Assembly (NCBI GenBank): GCA_951406725.2
Contig: OX597814.1
Location: forward strand, 15,128,001 to 15,192,000
Length of the DNA stretch: 64,000 nucleotides
Origin: Octopus vulgaris
Taxonomy: Eukaryota
Direction of reading: 5' to 3'
Shown here piece after piece: positions 1-15,854 of the stretch. Each line of letters opens with the position of its first letter. The stretch's first letter is position 1. A program made the position numbers and the translations under genes. The notes under the pieces are model-generated. The model had not been told where the DNA came from, did no database searches, and was given only the letters and a program-made list of their open reading frames with translations.

Positions 1-347
1 TTTTAAAAATAATTTAACATCATTTTTTATTCCATTTTAATGCATAATTTTTCGTGTGTCGATGGCGGCGGAGTTGGCGTCCATGGTCACACCTGCACCT
101 GTTTGATTCTCCCCCTTCTTCCCTCCCTCGTGAAGCTGAGGGGAAGGGAGTGTAAGGAAATCAACGTCGTAAAGCGTTGTCAAGGAGACCAGCGTTCTTT
201 TAGAACAACGACTTCATGGCTTGAAGACACCAAAACAGAAATGGCTAAGAAAGCCCGAATTGGCATCTATAAGGGAAGTAACTCTCTAAAAATGCTTATA
301 TAGTTATTTCCCTTACAAACCCGAGCAACGCCGGGCGATACTGCTAG
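1..347 (+). mobile_element. Non-autonomous Helitron, 3' part (truncated by window start)
   Basis: Ends with GC-rich subterminal hairpin cccgagcaacgccggg (320-335) and CTAG (344-347) followed by T, the canonical Helitron 3' end. Body is repeated at 352-1256. Confidence 0.8.
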
Positions 348-351
348 TATA

Positions 352-1256
352 TCTATATATATAAAAATGAAGTTGTGTGAGTGTCTGTCTCCTACGATTT
401 AGATTCCTAACTACTCCCACATTTTGCGGTGCAGTCTAACCAAATTCGGGTATCTTATAGTCGTGATTCATATCGAGCCCGTCTGGGTATTAGCCCGCGT
501 CTACGATGAGTCTACGATTTAAAAAATAATTTACCATAATCTTTTTCCATTTTAACGCATATTTTTTCGTGTGTCGATGGCGGCGGAGTTGGCGTCCATG
601 GTCACACCTGCACCCGTGTTGCTTCTCCCCCTTCTTCCCTCCCTCATGAAGCTGTGGGGAAGGGAGTGTAAGGAAATCAACGTCGTAAAGCGTTGTCAAG
701 GAGACCAGCGTTCTTTTAGAACAACGACTTGGCTTGAAGTCGCCAAAACAGAAATCGCTAAAAAAGCTGAAACAGATCCACAAAAACGGCAAAAACCGCC
801 ACACAGGGCAGGTTTCCTGTGCAAACAATTTGCACAACCGAATGTTGTAGTTGTTGCACAAATCTTTATATATAAAAGTGAAGTTGTGTGTCTGTCTCCT
901 ACGATTTAGATTCCTAACTACTCCCACATTTTGCGGTGCAGTTTAACCAAAACCGGGTATCTTATAATCGTGATTCATATCGAGCCCTTCTGGGTATTAG
1001 CGCGCGTCTACGATGAGTCTACGATTTTAAAAATAATTTAACATAATTTTTTTCCATTTTAATGTCTTTTTTTTGCTATTATATAAGGGAAGTAACTCTC
1101 TAAAAATGCCTACGATGAGTCAAGGATTTAAAAAAAATTTACTATAATTTTTTTCCATTCTTAATGAATTTTTTACTACTTTTTGACTATAACTCTCTAA
1201 AAATGCTTTATAGTTATTTCCTTACAAACCCGAGCAACGCCGGGCGATTCTGCTAG
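352..1256 (+). mobile_element. Non-autonomous Helitron(s): two 5' ends (352, 863), one 3' end (1256)
   Basis: A|TC start 'tctatatatataaaaatgaagttgtgtg' at 352; second start 'tctttatatataaaagtgaagttgtgtg' at 863; hairpin cccgagcaacgccggg and CTAG|T at 1253-1257; no TSD. Confidence 0.8.
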
Positions 1257-1293
<37 letters not shown>

Positions 1294-1294
1294 C

Positions 1295-1333
<39 letters not shown>

Positions 1334-1601
1334 CATTCAAAACCCATTGGTTCATAAAAAGGAGAGTACGCGAATTCAGCAGTGTTAGGAAAATGCGTAG
1401 TAAAACACATAACCAAACTAGTTTAAGAATAAATAAACTAATTAAAAGTCGAAACATTAAGTTGGATATTTTTGATACTGAATTGAAATAATTAGAATTA
1501 TAAGAAAGACTGACAAATTAGCAGTATATCAAACTAAGATGAAACATAGCAAAGCAAAACCAAGTTAGAAATATATATTTCAGAAGAATCGGGTAAATAT
1601 T

Positions 1602-1815
1602 GGCTTCAAATTTTGGTAGGAAAACCAGAAATTTTGGGTAAGTGGTTAACTCGATTGCTTGGACTCCCATGCCGAACTGGTACTAATGTTATCGACCCCG
1701 AAAGGATGAAATGTAAGGTAGACATCAGCGGAATTTGAACTCAGAACGTAAAGACAGACGAAATCCCGCTAAACATTTTACTTAGCGTGCTAATGATTCT
1801 GCTATCTCACCGCTT
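1602..1815 (-). mobile_element. tRNA-derived SINE family A, diverged copy
   Basis: Reverse complement of the family A core (gagttcaaattccgc...tttcatcctttcggggtcgataa...agtaccag). Confidence 0.75.
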
Positions 1816-1923
1816 CCGGGTGGAAACTGAAAGCTGAATTCAAAGCCAATCATACGTTGATTGGCATAAAATATACTGATACGCAAGACATGGCAACAGC
1901 TTTAACATAACAACCTAAAAGTT

Positions 1924-2339
1924 ATTTCTTTATTGCCCACAAGGGGCTAAACATAGAGTGAACAAATAAGGACAGACATGGAAATTGAGTCGATTACATC
2001 AACCCCAGTGAGTAACAGGTACTTAATTTATCGACCCCGAAAGGATGAAAGGCAAAGTTGACCTCGGCGGAATTTGAACTCAGGACGTAGCGGCAGGCGA
2101 AATACGTATTTCTTTACTACCACAAGGGGCTAAACACAGAGAGGACAAACAAGGACAGACAAACGGATTAAGTCGATTATATCGACCCCAGTTCGTAACT
2201 GGTACTTATTTAATCGACCTCCGAAAGGATGAAAGGCAAAGTCGACTTCGCGCCGAATTTGAACTTTGAACGTAGCGGCAGACCAAATACCGCTAAGCAT
2301 TTCGCCCGGCGTGCTAACCTTTCTGCCAGCTCACCGCCT
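1924..2339 (-). mobile_element. SINE family A, dimeric copy
   Basis: One head at ~2339 and two tandem core+tail units (tails at 1924 and ~2107). Confidence 0.85.
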
Positions 2340-2923
2340 TTAATCTAATAGTAAAATGATTAAAGAAATTACAGTGTAAAACTAATAATTTCATTCTGAA
2401 CACACTTTTAATCTGGTAAAATTTATCTACCAATTTCAATGAAAAGAACAATTCCAAAATAATAAATGTGGGTTCAGAAAAAAAAAATGTTATGAAGCAC
2501 GCCAAGTTAGATGAATAATTTGATACAAAACGATTTAAGTAAAATGAAGTGGTGAAAAGTAGTTTACTCTATACAAGGAAATAATGGTGTACAAGGTAGA
2601 AGCTAATTGCACGAAAGACGAAATATTAGAAATAAACTAAAATCAAAAGAAAGCGGAAATCCATAATTAGTAAAGAAAGAATAGGAAGAAAAATCTTTTC
2701 ATTTTTAAAGTCACGAAAAATTAGGCAAGGAGGAAGTGTAACCGATAACAAATCAAAAATCTCAACGTCAGATTTGATTTAAAATTGAAATGGATAAATG
2801 TCAAATTGTAATATTATTAAGTGGAATATAAGCTACTAAATTAAAAATGATTAAGAGACTGATGTCAACAGGGGATTAGATAATAAACAATTTTCCATAT
2901 GATATTGCATCGGAATGGAAGTG

Positions 2924-3224
2924 GAAGCACTCCGTCGGTTACGACGACGAGGGTTCCGGTTGATCCGAATCAACGGAACAGCCTGCTCGTGAAATTAACG
3001 TGTAAGTGGCTGAGCACTCCACAGACACGTGTACCCTTAACGTAGTTCTCGAGGATATTCAGCGTGACACAGAGAGTGACAATACCGGCCCTTTGAAATA
3101 CAGGTACAACAGAAACAGGAAGTAAGAGTGAGAGAAAGTTGTGGTGAAAGAGTACAGCAGGGATCACCACCATCCCCTGCCGGAGCCTCGTGGAGCTTTA
3201 GGTGTTTTCGCTCAATAAACACTC
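2924..3224 (-). mobile_element. SINE family B, 5'-truncated
   Basis: Near-identical to 37495-37794 but lacks the tRNA head. Confidence 0.85.
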
Positions 3225-4022
3225 GGAATACTTATATTCTGATACTTATATTCTGATACATGACCAGGAAAAGTCTATATCCGCTGGGCAAACCGCACAC
3301 GTTTCCGAAAAGAAGTTGGGAAGTAGGAATAAATGACATAGAAATGCCTCTCAGCTAATATAACAAATTTAGGCTGACAAAAAGTAAAAATAACTAGCTA
3401 TATACAAACTATTCTAGTCGAAGGAATAAATACAACACTACTCACATTAGATAAACCATTCGATTATAAAGGAAGAAAACCCAATAGTATTCAAAGTTCA
3501 AAGTATAAAGATGGAAACACATAAGGTCTATGACAGTATAACTCCACCGAATATAATTGATGCATTGCTTTATCAAAAACCATACGACGGATCATAACTC
3601 TACACACAACTTAAAAATTTGGGGTGATATTGCTAATTTCATACATGGCATTTTCTTGTACCCAGTACTACAAACAACTGGACACACGCGCGCGCGTATT
3701 GTGTGTGTTCATATATATGAACTTATATATGTAAGTACATATATAGACATACATGCATGCATACATACATATTTTTATATATATTCATATTCATAGTAGC
3801 ATTCCTATGAATAAACAAATACGCAGGCCAGCAAGTTTAAGGTATGACTTCAACTTATGCCCCTCAGAAGTGCAAATCTTGGATTTGGACTGCACACAGC
3901 ACGCATATTTACCGAGGAAGCTCTTCACACCGTATTTAACACAAGATCTTATCATCTGGCCTCAGTGTTTTAGATTCTAGTTTGTGTGGAGTGAATAGAA
4001 ATATTTGTCATGCAGAATAACT

Positions 4023-4165
4023 ATTTCTATTCTAGTCACAAGGCCTTGAAAAATTTGGCGTAAGGGGTTTAGTCGATTATATCGAACCCAGTGCGTAACT
4101 GGTACTTATTTCATCGAACCCGAAAAGAGGAAAAGCAAAGTCGACCTCAGCGAAAGTCGAACTGT
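4023..4165 (-). mobile_element. SINE family A fragment
   Basis: Core 'gtcgattatatcgaacccagtgcgtaactggtacttat...aaagtcgacctc'. Confidence 0.7.
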
Positions 4166-5412
4166 GTCATGTAGAATAAGAGATGAAATATTTGTGTGAA
4201 TTCTATTTCATCAACAGCTTCCAGCAAGGCGGTTAATCGAGATCATTTGCAAAGCTGGCTCGAACAACGCTACAATTTCGTGCTTGGTGCAGCATAATGA
4301 ATGCCGTTCTCCATTCCGTTATAAATCCTATTTTTCTTTCACTTCATCTTTCCTGTTTTCCATTTTCTCCTTTCTGTTGCCTTTTCTTTGCTCTTTACCT
4401 CATCTATTGTACTTCATTCTCTCCCTGTCTTCCTCTACACCTCCCTTTTCTTCTTGAAGTTATAAATTTTATTCTTCCTCTTTGTACACCTTCACCTGCT
4501 TTTTGCCTCCTTTCAGAAAAAACTCTTATACGTTGTTTTTAGAAAGAAATTCCTCTGCCATTTTGAACTCAGTATTACAGCTCCTACGGCGCAGAACTAA
4601 ATAACGGCGACTTTGTATTTATTTACCTGAACGACTTTGCTGTCAGAAAATCCGAAGCAACAAGCATTGCTGCGTTGAGGACAAATCCCAAACTTCTGCG
4701 TTTAACGAGCGTTAGTGCGCAAAACTTACACGAAAGTTTGACTAACATGTTAGTATGAATGTCATTAAATTATATCATATATCCTCGCTATGCTGTATAG
4801 TTGAATTCTGATACATTGTGAAGTAGAGACACAAAAAGAAAGACGATAAACGGACAGAGATAATGCCAGGGAAGAGAGACAGATTTTATCGTATTTTTCA
4901 TTGACATAACAGTCATAATAGAGAATTTCAAAGAACGAAATATTAATTTTTCAGTATTCTTATCACGATTTATTTGTAAAAATTAATTACAATATTTGAG
5001 AGAGTCAAAAGAAAAATCAAATTAATATTAAATCATGAATTACGTGAAACCGGAATTGAATTATAATATGATTTAAGTTAAAAATCAAAATTCGTAGTCA
5101 ACTAAAAATAATAAATGAATAAATAAATAAATAAATAAAATAGATACAATCTATTGCCACATGAAAGTAAATAAAAAATAAAGAAATAAAGAGCCGTAAA
5201 ATAAAAGAGTTAATGTTGCTAATTATTTGAGTATTAGATTTTTTTAAAGTTATCGCCTTAAAGCTTCGTACAAAAGTTTGTGCAATAATTACCATTTGCG
5301 TTTAAACTCCGCAAATCCAAATAACTTACGGTTTTATTATTTATATTCGTGTACTATTTATGGCTTTTTGCTGGCAGATATACCTTCTGGTTGATATTTC
5401 TGTTGATGCTGA

Positions 5413-6056
5413 GGGTGCGAGATGGTAGAATTGTTAGCACACCGGACAATATGAATAGCGGCATTTCCTCTGTCTTTACGTTCTGTGTTCAAATTCCACC
5501 GAGTCAGACTTGTCTTTCATGCATTCGGAGTCGATGAATTAGTACCAGTCAAGCACTGGAGACGATGTAAACGACCATCCCCCTATCACAAAATTTCAGG
5601 CCTTGTGCCTATAGTAGAAAATATTATCAATATTATTGGTAAGGCAATCACTTGGCAGAATCTTTAGCTCAAAATGCTTAGGGGCATTTACTCCTTTTAA
5701 TTCAGGTTCCACTGAGGTAAATTTTACCATTGATCCGTTTGGGATTAATGGAACAAGTACCTTTTGCAAACTGGGATCGATGTAATTGATGAGCAGCCTC
5801 CTCCTTCAAAGTTTCAAGCCTTGTGTCTATAGTAGAAAGGATCGTTATTACGGCGAGCTGGCGCAATCGTTAACACGAGGGACGAAATTCTTAGCGGTAT
5901 TTCGCCTGTCATTACGTTCTGAGTTCAAATTCTGCCGAGGTTAACTTTGCCTTTTATCCTTTCGGCATCGATAAATTAAATACCAGTGAAACACTGGGAT
6001 CGATGTAATCGACTACTCTCCTTCCCTCCAAAGGCCTTGTGCCTTTAGTAGAAAGG

Positions 6057-6057
<1 letters not shown>
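5413..6057 (+). mobile_element. Three head-to-tail diverged SINE family A copies
   Basis: Units start near 5413, 5640 and 5851; each ends 'gccttgtg(c/t)ct(a/t)tagtagaaa'. Confidence 0.75.
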
Positions 6058-6136
<79 letters not shown>

Positions 6137-6142
6137 CAATAA

Positions 6143-6214
<72 letters not shown>
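6057..6214. repeat. (ATT)n microsatellite
   Basis: Directly visible. Confidence 0.95.
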
Positions 6215-6215
<1 letters not shown>

Positions 6216-6672
6216 GCATGTGATAGCAGTGCATGCCATCAAATTAACACTGGGGTAAAATATACGAAGCCCAGCATACCCATCATGACTACCCGTCTGA
6301 TAAGGGTACGCAAGGCACATGCTTCACAACCATATGTGCGCAACATGAGGATCTCATACCAAGATTAAAAGCGCATGACTTTGCAGGTGGGGCCCAGTTA
6401 GAATTTTCTGCCGGTTGAGTAGCCCATCCCGCTTAAAAGGTCTCCGAATAAAAGTTGTTTAAAGATGTTGCACAAAACACCCATGTTTTCAGAAGTGAGT
6501 TATCCAAACCCCAAATAATTTCTCTCAACGCATAGCTATGATGCTCCCCCACTATTTCTGCTTTTGATCAGAGATGCACATATCATCACCTACTAAGGGA
6601 TACGCTCAACTGCTTAAGGTCAAGAAACTGACAAGCAAATCTGTGGCATTGTGTACAATATTTGCTATAGCC
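6215..6672 (-). mobile_element. Interspersed repeat family D abutting (AAT)n
   Basis: Homologous to 35503-35960 and 35007-35320 ('gcagtgcatgccatcaaa..acactggggtaaaatatacgaagccc'); no ORF. Strand inferred from the microsatellite tail. Confidence 0.7.
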
Positions 6673-6963
6673 CTATTATTATTTGCGTATTTTTGCAACA
6701 GAATTTCACATTCATTAGCCGTGGGCTTGAGGTATTAAATAATACAAGACTTTTCAGCGCTGCCATGCAGTATTTACGCAATCAGATAATAACCATTTTG
6801 ATTTGATAAAAGTCGTATCAATCATTGCACTTCTTGACTTCCGGCAATATAAATCTCTGTGCAGCATTTTAAAACATAGAACGGTCATTTATTTTACTGT
6901 TTCTGAGAAATATTTCTTCAATCCCATCTTTGGTCTTTCTTTCAAATTCAAATGACATATCTA

Positions 6964-8252
6964 CGAGGTGCGTTCAATAAGTAATGCCCCTGACCCACTT
7001 CCCATAGCAGTAGAGCAACGAAACTTGGCACAGTTATTGGTCTTTTTCTACATAGGAAGCACCCAGAGTTACGCATTTCTCCCATCGTTTGATGCGGCTC
7101 TGGAGACCGTTTTTGTAGAAGAACCCAGCTTGGTCCTCCAACCTCAACGTGACTACAGAAACCAAGGCTGCATCATCTGAAAAACGCTTTCCTTTCAAAA
7201 ACAACTTCATGATTGGGAAGAGGTGAAAATCAGAGGGTGCAAGGTCAGGAAAGTAGGGGGTGGGGAGGAGTTCATAGCCATACGCCTGTGCTTCTGATCT
7301 GGCGACAAGCGAGTTGTGGACCGGAGCGTTGTCCTGCAGGAGGAGGATGCCTTTGCTGATCTTGCCTCGCCTCTTGATTTTGATAACTTCTCTTAATTTC
7401 CTCAAAAGTGAAGCATAATAGGCTCCTGCAATTGTGGTACCCTTTGCCAGGAAATCTGTCATCACTACTCCGTCCTGGTCCCAGAAGACTTTGAGCATGA
7501 CCTTCCCAGCGGAGGGCTGCACCCTTGCCTTCTTTGGAGGGGGTGAGTCACGGTGCTTCCACTGCATTGACTAGGCTTTGGTCTCTGGATCATAGTGATG
7601 GACCCAGGTTTCATCCTGTGTAATCAGTCTTTTGAAACATGTTGACTCATCTTCTTGGCACATCTCCAAATTCACCCTCGAGCACTCGACGCGTTCTTGC
7701 TTCTGGAAAGGCGTGAGCAAGCTGGGAATCCATCTGGCAGACACCTTTTGCATATGCAAATGGTCATGAATGATAGTTTCCACAGACCCGGTACTAATCT
7801 TGACCTCATGGGCTATTTGGCGAATAATTATGCGTCGATCTTACAAAATGGCAGCCTCAACTTGACGGACAGATGCCTCATTAACGGCAGAAGGGGGCGA
7901 CCAGATCTGGGAGCTGTTTCCACAGAGTTCGGACCATGTTTGAATTCACGATGCCAGCGTTTTACAAGGTCATATGATGGAGCATCATCACCATAAGTTA
8001 CTTTCATTTCATCAAAAGTCTCCCGTGGTGTGCGTCCTTTCAAATACAAAAACCGGATCACTGCTCGACACTCAACAGCCTCCATTTCACACTTGACTCG
8101 GTTCAAACACCTGTAAATCAGAAACCACAATTAATTCAGAGCTGTAATTTGCCACTTACTCTATAGAGATATAAACGATTGCACATGCAAAATTTCAGCT
8201 AGATCAAACAACTGCAAATGGGTCAGAGGCATTACTTATTGAACGTCCCTCG
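6964..8252 (-). mobile_element. Mariner DNA transposon, near full length (1289 bp), transposase disrupted
   Basis: TIRs cgaggtgcgttcaataagtaatgccc / ggcattacttattgaacgtccctcg with TA on both sides (6962-63, 8253-54). Motifs WIP(S)LL, ITQDETW, LLQDNAPVH, YFPDLAPSDFHLF. Confidence 0.97.
7034..8085 (-). pseudogene. Mariner transposase pseudogene (DD34D type)
   Basis: MEAVECRAVIRFLYLKG start at 8085; split across three track ORFs by a frameshift near 7895 and a stop at 7571-7573. Confidence 0.93.
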
Positions 8253-9511
8253 TATGAAAACATGTTCAATGTTCCAATCTGCATCCGTAAATCACATTTC
8301 TGCTAATGTTCCCAAGTTTATTGGGAATATTGGCAGAATATGACAGCCACAATGGCAGAGATATTAATGGTTCAGAACAACAACAGCCTCATTTGTCACT
8401 GAGCTATCAGAAACGGGGTATATTGTAATAACATGTACTGTTTGTGTGAGAATGAACATAAAAAGATGAGAGGAAGAAAGGTGGAAGAGAGAATGAAGTA
8501 AGATTTATAAGCATGAAAAAATATGTGAGCATATGGATAATGCAATCCTTCTTTCCCAAGAGTACGTTCAATTAAAGGACACCATACAGTTAAAGGACAC
8601 CATACATCCAGGATGATCCTGGACACCAAGGGCCACAAGCTTATCCCCAAGTGTTATTTAATGTACAGTCCTGCGCTTTTAGACAGTTTCTTTTACACAA
8701 ACCATTTTTTACATAGTCACACCCCTTTTAACAAATTCGCTGAAAGAAATCACCTCCCTCTTCACTCACATATATATAATCAAGTAAAAGTAAAAAGTCA
8801 ACGACGGCACGACCAAGGGTATCTGTCTTCACTCTTTTCACTCTCTCAGGCCTCACACCACACTGAAAAACACCATCTGCCAGTTTTATTTAAGGTGGTT
8901 CGTGAGGCGATCCTCAAGTATTCGTCTTTCAGACGACAATCGCTTTTAGCATAAATTCACATATCAGCTGTAATCGAATAGAGTGTGATTGCATGCAGTA
9001 TGGATTCGTCGCTTTGTGTGCATCTCAAACAGTCCTGCCTAGCAAGTTTTCTGCCTGTAGACTTAATTTGAAAGCATTAGAAGTCATGGTTATTAGTACT
9101 AGGCTAACAATATCCAGTCATTATTCAGAAGAGACCTCCTATTTTATTCTCGTTGGCGCTTATCATTTTCTCGAGAACATCATTGATCATACACTTCACT
9201 CTCTATTGATTTATTGCTACTGCAATATCTGACTGGCTGGAGGCAGCGAAATCCTAAAGTTATTACAAGTGCTCAACACCCAGTCTCGGTCATTTCTTGA
9301 TCCGAACCTGCAGCTCTCTGTAAGAAATGAAACTGCGATGATAAGTCAAATCTTTGAAAAGAAACTACACCTGCTCACCGTCCTGAAAATAAGAATAATT
9401 GTTTTTTTAAATTTAAGCAAATGCCACTGATTTTGAAAGATTAATTAGAATATTATATTTACTTCAGTATTTGAATGGTAATATATATTTTTCGAGGTCG
9501 GCTGAATCAAA

Positions 9512-10288
9512 AGCATAGAAATAGATATGAAATTTGGTTTAGAATAATGTGCCAAAGCAACCTTGAAAAGAGGAAAACTAGTTAAGAGTAGCAACATCAC
9601 ACTAGATAAAGCAAATGAAATATGAGAATTAAATCAAATCCAGACATAGAAATATTTAGGGATCAATGAACTAGATACAATACAACACACACAAATGAAA
9701 GAGAAAATAAAGAATACTATAGACGAGTTAGATCAATACTGAAGATAGAACTCAATGCTAAAGACAAGATAATATGTATTAACACTCGAGCCGTCCCAGT
9801 TATAAGTTACAGCTGCAATATCCTTAACTGGACACTAAATGGACTAACCAAAATAGACAGGAAGGCAATAAAAATAATGACAGGATCTAGGATGCACCAC
9901 ACAAAATCTGACATAGAAAGGCTATATATATAACATATGGTAGGTGGTAGGGACCTTATACAGCTAGAAAACTATTATAAAATAACCACCATAGGACTGC
10001 AAAACTATCTACTTCAGAAGCAAGGAAAACTGATACAAATAGCCACAAAACACGAGCAAAACGAAAAAAACATTTTCAGTATTTAAGGAAGCGGAAAAAT
10101 ACAAACAAGAAGTCATACTACCTAACAAATATGATGATGATGATGATGATGAAGAAGAAGAAGAAGAAGAAGAAGAAGAAGATGATGATGATGATGATGA
10201 TGATAATGATGATAATGATGATGGTGATGAGGATGATGATGATGATGATGATGCTGAAGCTGATGATGATGATGAAGAAGAAGAAGAA

Positions 10289-10363
<75 letters not shown>

Positions 10364-11316
10364 GAAGAAGAAGAAGAAGAAGAAACAACAAAAGCTATAA
10401 AGCAAATGAAATCCAAATTAAAACTAGAACAGCGACGGACCATGATAAAACAATGGCTAGAAAAGCCCCTTCATGCAAATACTGGGCTAAAATAGATGCA
10501 AAAGAAATAGACAGAGAAAAACCCCAGCAATGGTTGAGAAGCTCAGGACTCAAAGCAGAGACAGAGGGATTTTCAATTGCAGCACAAGAACAAAGCCTCC
10601 CCACCAGAAATTACCAAAAACATATAATGAAAGAAACAAAGCAAGTAACTGCAGAATATGTGGAGATGGACAAGAGACAGTAAATCGTATCATCTCCGGA
10701 TGCCCAATCCTGGCTAAGAGGGAATATATTCACAGACACGACAGAGTTGGGACCTACATACATGGGAAGCTATGGCAACACTATGAAATAACAACAGAAA
10801 AAGATGGTATAAACACACGCCAGAAAACGTTACAGAAAACGAGAAAGCAACGATACTCTGAGATGTGCCAATACACACGAATAGAAATATTAAGGCCAAT
10901 ATGCCAGATATAGTTGTCAGAGGTCATGAGCAAACAATGTTTTCTAATTGATGTAGCAATACCAGCAGATGACGAAGTTTCTCTAAAAGAAATGAAGAAA
11001 CTTTCAAAATACAAAGATCTGGAAATAGCGGTAACTCGAATGTGGAATCTAAAAACAGAAATAATTCCTATCATATTAGGCGTATTAGGTATGATGAAAA
11101 AATATTCAGACAAATACATAACAAAAACACCAGGACTTACAAATATATATAACATACAGAAAATTGCACTACTGGGCACTGCACACATCCTACGCAAAAC
11201 ACTTTCAATACAGTAGCCATCAGAGCATCACAGCAAACCACAGCACATACCCAAAGCACACAGTGTTGCGCTCGGTAGTGAAGCGAAAGTACGTTATAAA
11301 AATAAAACTACTGAAT
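9512..11316 (+). mobile_element. Non-LTR retrotransposon 3' part with CCHC finger and restriction-like endonuclease (R4/Dong-like), degenerate
   Basis: CRICGDGQETVNRIISGCPILAKREYIHRHDRVG, PD..V..., CFLIDVAIP, KLSKYKDL, IPIILGVLG, QKIALLGTAHILRK; 3' UTR runs into (AAT)n. Confidence 0.9.
10131..10384. repeat. (GAT)n/(GAA)n compound microsatellite inside the LINE ORF
   Basis: Directly visible; interrupts LINE coding sequence. Confidence 0.95.
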
Positions 11317-11325
11317 AACAACAAC

Positions 11326-11415
<90 letters not shown>
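11317..11415. repeat. (AAT)n microsatellite
   Basis: Directly visible. Confidence 0.95.
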
Positions 11416-11619
11416 TAACAGATCCCATTACAAAACGAAGCAACAGAAAGGCGGACGGATAATCATAAACACACATCCACACACACATCTAAACTGCATC
11501 CATCCGGAAACACAAGAATAAACTCATACCGTAAATACCCAAACAAAATGAAGAAAACTTACAGCATGTGCCATAGAAGGCCGATACCTGACAGAAGACA
11601 AGATTTGAGTGGGAAAAAC

Positions 11620-14090
<2,471 letters not shown>

Positions 14091-14096
14091 TATATG

Positions 14097-14097
<1 letters not shown>

Positions 14098-14129
<32 letters not shown>

Positions 14130-14227
14130 TATGATGATGATGATGACAAGAACAACATCATCATCATCATCAACAACAACAACAACAGCAACAACAACAA
14201 CAATAATAATAACAATAATAATAATAA
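14098..14227. repeat. Compound (AAT)/(GAT)/(CAT)/(CAA) microsatellite
   Basis: Directly visible. Confidence 0.9.
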
Positions 14228-14401
14228 TGTTCTCAAATTTTGCCCACAACGGCAACAACTTTGGTGGAGTGGATAAGTCGATTACATCGACCCCAGTGTT
14301 CAACCGGTACTTAATTTATCGACCCCGAAAGGATGAAAGGCAAATCGACCTCGGGGAAATTTGAACTTGCAACGTAGTGACAAGAAAAATACCACTAAGC
14401 A
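14228..14401 (-). mobile_element. SINE family A partial copy
   Basis: Core 'ggtacttaatttatcgaccccgaaaggatgaaaggcaaa'. Confidence 0.8.
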
Positions 14402-14989
14402 TTATATACTTTATTATATACTTCACATGTAACAGTAGTTATTAGGTGTTGATATAATCAGCGTTGTATGTCGTGTTGATAGAAAAAGTAAAGAAGTCTT
14501 TCACGTATGATATCTCATTACTTCGGAAAAACAAAGAGGTATGATAGGATAATATTGTGCAATATGCGATATGTCTGAAGAAAGGGAAAAACAGATAGCA
14601 TGTTCCTGGCGGAGGAAAAATTACAGCAAAAATGAGAAGTATGAATGGTGTTTGTTGTTGATTTGTTTTAATAAACCTGCAAACAGAACAACAAAATATG
14701 AAATACAAAACAAATATATAGAGAACCGAGAAAATAGAAAATAAATACGTTAAATCTAGAAAGAAAAATGAAATATTAAATCGAAGCACATGCAAAGGAA
14801 CCATTCTAATAAGCAAAACAAAAGAAAGAAATTCATACAGAAGCTGAATAAAAACAATTGAACAAAATATGAATAAAAAGGGAATGTAAGAAATTGAAGA
14901 ACAATGAACCATATTTTGTAAATGGATGACTCTAATTTGTACCAGGAACAGACAGTTAGAAACATTACACAGATTATTAGAGGAACTAA

Positions 14990-15720
14990 TAGGAAAAATA
15001 GATGACAAAGTTGACAATAGTAAAACTGAACCGAAGCAACTTTTTGAATGCGCTAAATCAAAAACACTATTGTCTCGTTAGATAAAGAAAAAGAGATGAA
15101 ATAATTAGATCAAACACAGACTTATAAATTCTAAGAATATTCATGAACGAGACGGAGTGCAACACACACAAATGAAATACAATGTTAGAAAAGAACTGCA
15201 TCGACACATGAGATTAATATTTAAAGCAGGTCTAAGGTAATAGTCTCCACTAGTCTAGCTGTCCCAGAAATATATTATAATTAGAATATTCTCAGTTAAA
15301 CAGTAAGTAAATTAATAGCGCTAGTGTGAAGAAACAAGAAAAATAAAGATTATATTTAGAAAACACCTCAGATTCCGAGAGAGAAAGAATATATTAACCA
15401 CGGTTAGAGGGAGGAAAGAAAATTCTAGACAATTTATGTAAACTATACTGAAGAGGACTATAAATATATTTAGTAAAGAATACAGGAAAACTAATACAAA
15501 ACAGTAGCATAAAAATAAGAAAATAACTGTTTCCTGTCTTCAAGGAAGCTAACAAAAATATAAAACAGACCAGCACGCATTAATTAAAAGAATGATAAAT
15601 TAAAAGAAACTGCTGTAAAAATGTACTACAAAATATCATCAGCGCATGATGAATATAGGAAACAAGTCCCTAAAAATGGCAATAATTTATAACCCTAATC
15701 AAAACAGAAGTGGATAAAAA
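14990..15720 (+). mobile_element. Highly degenerate RLE-LINE fragment
   Basis: A-rich; by eye resembles 9550-10100 ('caacacacacaaatgaaa', 'agctgtcccag', 'ttagagggaggaa', 'caaggaagc'). Confidence 0.45.
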
Positions 15721-15777
15721 TAGGCAACTGTGGAATATGTGGTGGTTATATTGAAGCAATTAGTCATATACTGCCTG

Positions 15778-15850
<73 letters not shown>

Positions 15851-15854
<4 letters not shown>

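Noticed and set aside
75-110. Faint resemblance of gtccatggtcacacc to the 5S rRNA 5' end
   Set aside because: Similarity is under 15 nt and no internal control boxes follow.
40-927. ORFs of 87-145 aa at the window start
   Set aside because: They lie within repeated Helitron sequence, differ by indels between copies, and show no recognisable domain.
8330-9300. Possible L1/Tx1-like LINE 3' remnant on the minus strand
   Set aside because: No diagnostic motif could be read with confidence; needs blastx.
10009-10443. Poly-Ser/His/Met/Ile ORFs, and similar YI/CV/HT-repeat ORFs across the window
   Set aside because: Translations of microsatellites.
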